From NCBI GenBank assembly GCA_028388995.1, contig JAOEQC010000001.1, positions 2,293-66,292 on the forward strand: 64,000 nt of DNA, written 5' to 3'. The notes beneath the pieces were generated by a model. It saw nothing but the letters and a program-made list of their open reading frames with translations, did not search any database and was not told where the DNA came from. Origin of the DNA: Ascidiaceihabitans sp. (GTDB lineage Bacteria; Pseudomonadota; Alphaproteobacteria; Rhodobacterales; Rhodobacteraceae). Below, piece by piece: positions 62,074 through 64,000 of the stretch (positions are counted from its first letter, which is position 1; each line of letters starts with the position of its first letter). The translations under genes were made by a program, and so were the position numbers.

Positions 62074-63108
62074 TTAATTAAAGTAGTTATTGCTTGCTCT
62101 TGCATAAGCCTCAAATACCTCTGGAATAGAAATATTGCGCGCATCCAGAGCAGACTTACGCACTGCAACAACGTACTGACTTGATGTTTGAATAGGCAGC
62201 GACTTGATATCTACACCTTCAATTAATTTTATAGCCATGGTTGCTGCGACTTCACCTTGTTCGTAAGGAGAAACACCAATAGACAACATGGCACCTTCTT
62301 CAGAATTAAAGGTGTTCATGCCAATAACGGGCACTGGAGAATTAGCCTCGGTCCAAGTCATAACTTCCTTGGCGTTCACAAACTCAGCAGAACCAGGAGA
62401 CTTGTGTAACTTACGATAACCCCCTACCAAAATAAAGTCGGCCTCGCCCTTCATGTTCTTGACTGCACTTTGCCAGTCATCAAAAGTGGCCTTAGGATGA
62501 CGTCCAAGATAATCGACACCAACCCAATCTATACTATCAAGATAGCCACCATCACGTTCGGTCGAATGGGATTCATCCGACAAAAAAATGGCCTTAGGCT
62601 TTTGTCCGATAATGCCTAAGTTCTCACTGAGCAATAAAATGACTTCACTTAGAGCCACAGCAGGTTTACGTTCTAAGATACCGGTTACGTTGTTCGCTTC
62701 TAAGTAGCCATAAGGTTCTGGGCTTCCGTTAATGCCTGCAAAAACAATCTTTATGTCTGGGTTGTTAACGTATTGCTTGGCCACATATTTTTGCGCATTA
62801 TCATCAATAGCAACAATGACGTTGGGACGGATGAGTTCAATGGCGTAATGAGCGGCAATACCTGCACGATCTATGTAACCTTTACCCGACATTTTTTTTG
62901 TTTTCATCTCATGGTAACGAATGTCAACGCCTTGAACTTTCCCAAGCACACGATCCAAGCCCGCATTGATTTGACGAGTCCAGACATAATCATTACTATA
63001 ACTATGCAGAACCAATATACGTGGCTTGTTTATATTCTCGTATAGGATCATTCCTGTCAGCGTAAGAATAAAGGTAGCCATGATCAGGATAGTAAACTTT
63101 TTCAGCAT
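62074..63108 (-). CDS. ABC-type substrate-binding protein (COG2984-like)
   Basis: N-terminal anchor, ILVLHSYS..W, IVFAGIN, NVTGILE, SPYEQG; TAATG coupling to the upstream permease. Confidence 0.8.
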   Translation of the reverse strand: MLKKFTILIMATFILTLTGMILYENINKPRILVLHSYSNDYVWTRQINAGLDRVLGKVQGVDIRYHEMKTKKMSGKGYIDRAGIAAHYAIELIRPNVIVAIDDNAQKYVAKQYVNNPDIKIVFAGINGSPEPYGYLEANNVTGILERKPAVALSEVILLLSENLGIIGQKPKAIFLSDESHSTERDGGYLDSIDWVGVDYLGRHPKATFDDWQSAVKNMKGEADFILVGGYRKLHKSPGSAEFVNAKEVMTWTEANSPVPVIGMNTFNSEEGAMLSIGVSPYEQGEVAATMAIKLIEGVDIKSLPIQTSSQYVVAVRKSALDARNISIPEVFEAYARASNNYFN

Positions 63109-64000
63109 TAGAGCAGCCCCAAATATTGCCAAAACGGAATCGATGCATAAATAGCCGCCAACTTAAATGCATATTGCATCGCATTTAATATGATCACCTT
63201 TTTGCTGTCGGCACCAGATTTTGGGCCAGCTAACGAGCAAAATTGTGAATAATATGAGGCTTGATAGGGCCAGATATAACCTTCGGCAATCAACAGGATG
63301 ATAAAGCCCACAATCCAGGGTGTTATACCGATGTTTACGGCAGCTGGCATTAATAGGGTTGCAAAGATGACCACCGTGGCGTTGATCGGTATCGCCAATC
63401 TAACCACAAAAATTGATAACGATAGCAAGACAATAAATATGCCGAAATCGTTGGCCATATAATAATTAAGCCATGACAGTTTTCCGGTTAGCCACTCATC
63501 TAATCCCACATAATTCATGGACGAAACAAGGCCAATTAACGAGCCCAAGAAAATCAAGAAGCTCCAGTCAATCCGCATCAAGAAATCTTGTTTACCTAAA
63601 AAACCAAACATTAACAAACTAAACAATATAGCCATTGCAATCCAAGGAATTTCAATATGGTGGATCGCTACTGTCATGAAGCTAACCAAAAGCACTAACA
63701 AACCAGCGACACCTGCCCATTCGCTGGGGCAAGGAGGTCCTAAAATTTTGAGCTGATCATAAACCAGAGTCTTTGGAATTGATGGTCTTTCTTTATTTCT
63801 AAATATTAACCAACTGGCTAAAAAATACAGCACCAATAATACAGCGCCACTAACTGAAGCCGCGAAGAACCAGTCCACCCACTGGAAGCGGGTTTGTTCT
63901 TGAAACGGCATAAGACCAAAAACAAGGAAGTTCACAGACTTAGAGCTGAGGAAAATCGCCGACAATAAACTAGTCCCGCCAAGCACTGCAGCAGACAATC
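63108..64000 (-). CDS. SLC13/DASS-family permease (5' end outside the window)
   Basis: Multi-TM protein, IDWSFLIFLG, PYQASYY, SIPFWQYLGLL C-terminus. Confidence 0.75.
   Translation of the reverse strand, partial: LSAAVLGGTSLLSAIFLSSKSVNFLVFGLMPFQEQTRFQWVDWFFAASVSGAVLLVLYFLASWLIFRNKERPSIPKTLVYDQLKILGPPCPSEWAGVAGLLVLLVSFMTVAIHHIEIPWIAMAILFSLLMFGFLGKQDFLMRIDWSFLIFLGSLIGLVSSMNYVGLDEWLTGKLSWLNYYMANDFGIFIVLLSLSIFVVRLAIPINATVVIFATLLMPAAVNIGITPWIVGFIILLIAEGYIWPYQASYYSQFCSLAGPKSGADSKKVIILNAMQYAFKLAAIYASIPFWQYLGLL

Larger units (their letters stand above)
31710..64000. mobile_element. Genomic island downstream of tRNA-Gly carrying a T6SS (right end beyond the window)
   Basis: Visible shift to AT-richer sequence right after the tRNA, IS remnants, pseudogenes and accessory genes; no integrase or attR seen. 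Confidence 0.7.

Noticed and set aside
1-64000. CRISPR array or tandem repeat array
   Set aside because: No regularly spaced repeats seen; the 61-bp element is dispersed and no cas genes are present.

Overview
Alphaproteobacterial (Roseobacter-group-like) chromosomal window in two parts. Left (1-31.7 kb) is core and metabolic: lysC-ptsP, a kpsF/gutQ pseudogene with four in-frame TAG stops, pyc, two small Cys-rich proteins (one a 39-aa CDGSH-like protein absent from the ORF track), a sulfoquinovose monooxygenase (sulfo-SMO) cluster with a probable NAD-dependent sulfoquinovosidase, an isethionate-like GMC/TRAP/IclR cluster, frmA, an iorAB-type molybdoenzyme and an uncharacterised DAP-lyase/M24/racemase operon. 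Right (31.7-64 kb, after tRNA-Gly-TCC) is a more AT-rich island with IS scars carrying a complete type VI secretion system. The T6SS has no intact recognisable toxin or immunity gene, has a periplasmic solute-binding protein coupled inside the structural operon, and is flanked by an MFS transporter, a LysR regulator and a second SBP/SLC13 module. A 61-bp element with a TGGGAA-N5-TTCCCA core sits upstream of both T6SS operons, and its core recurs inverted upstream of the LysR gene. All calls come from reading motifs by eye; no searches were run.
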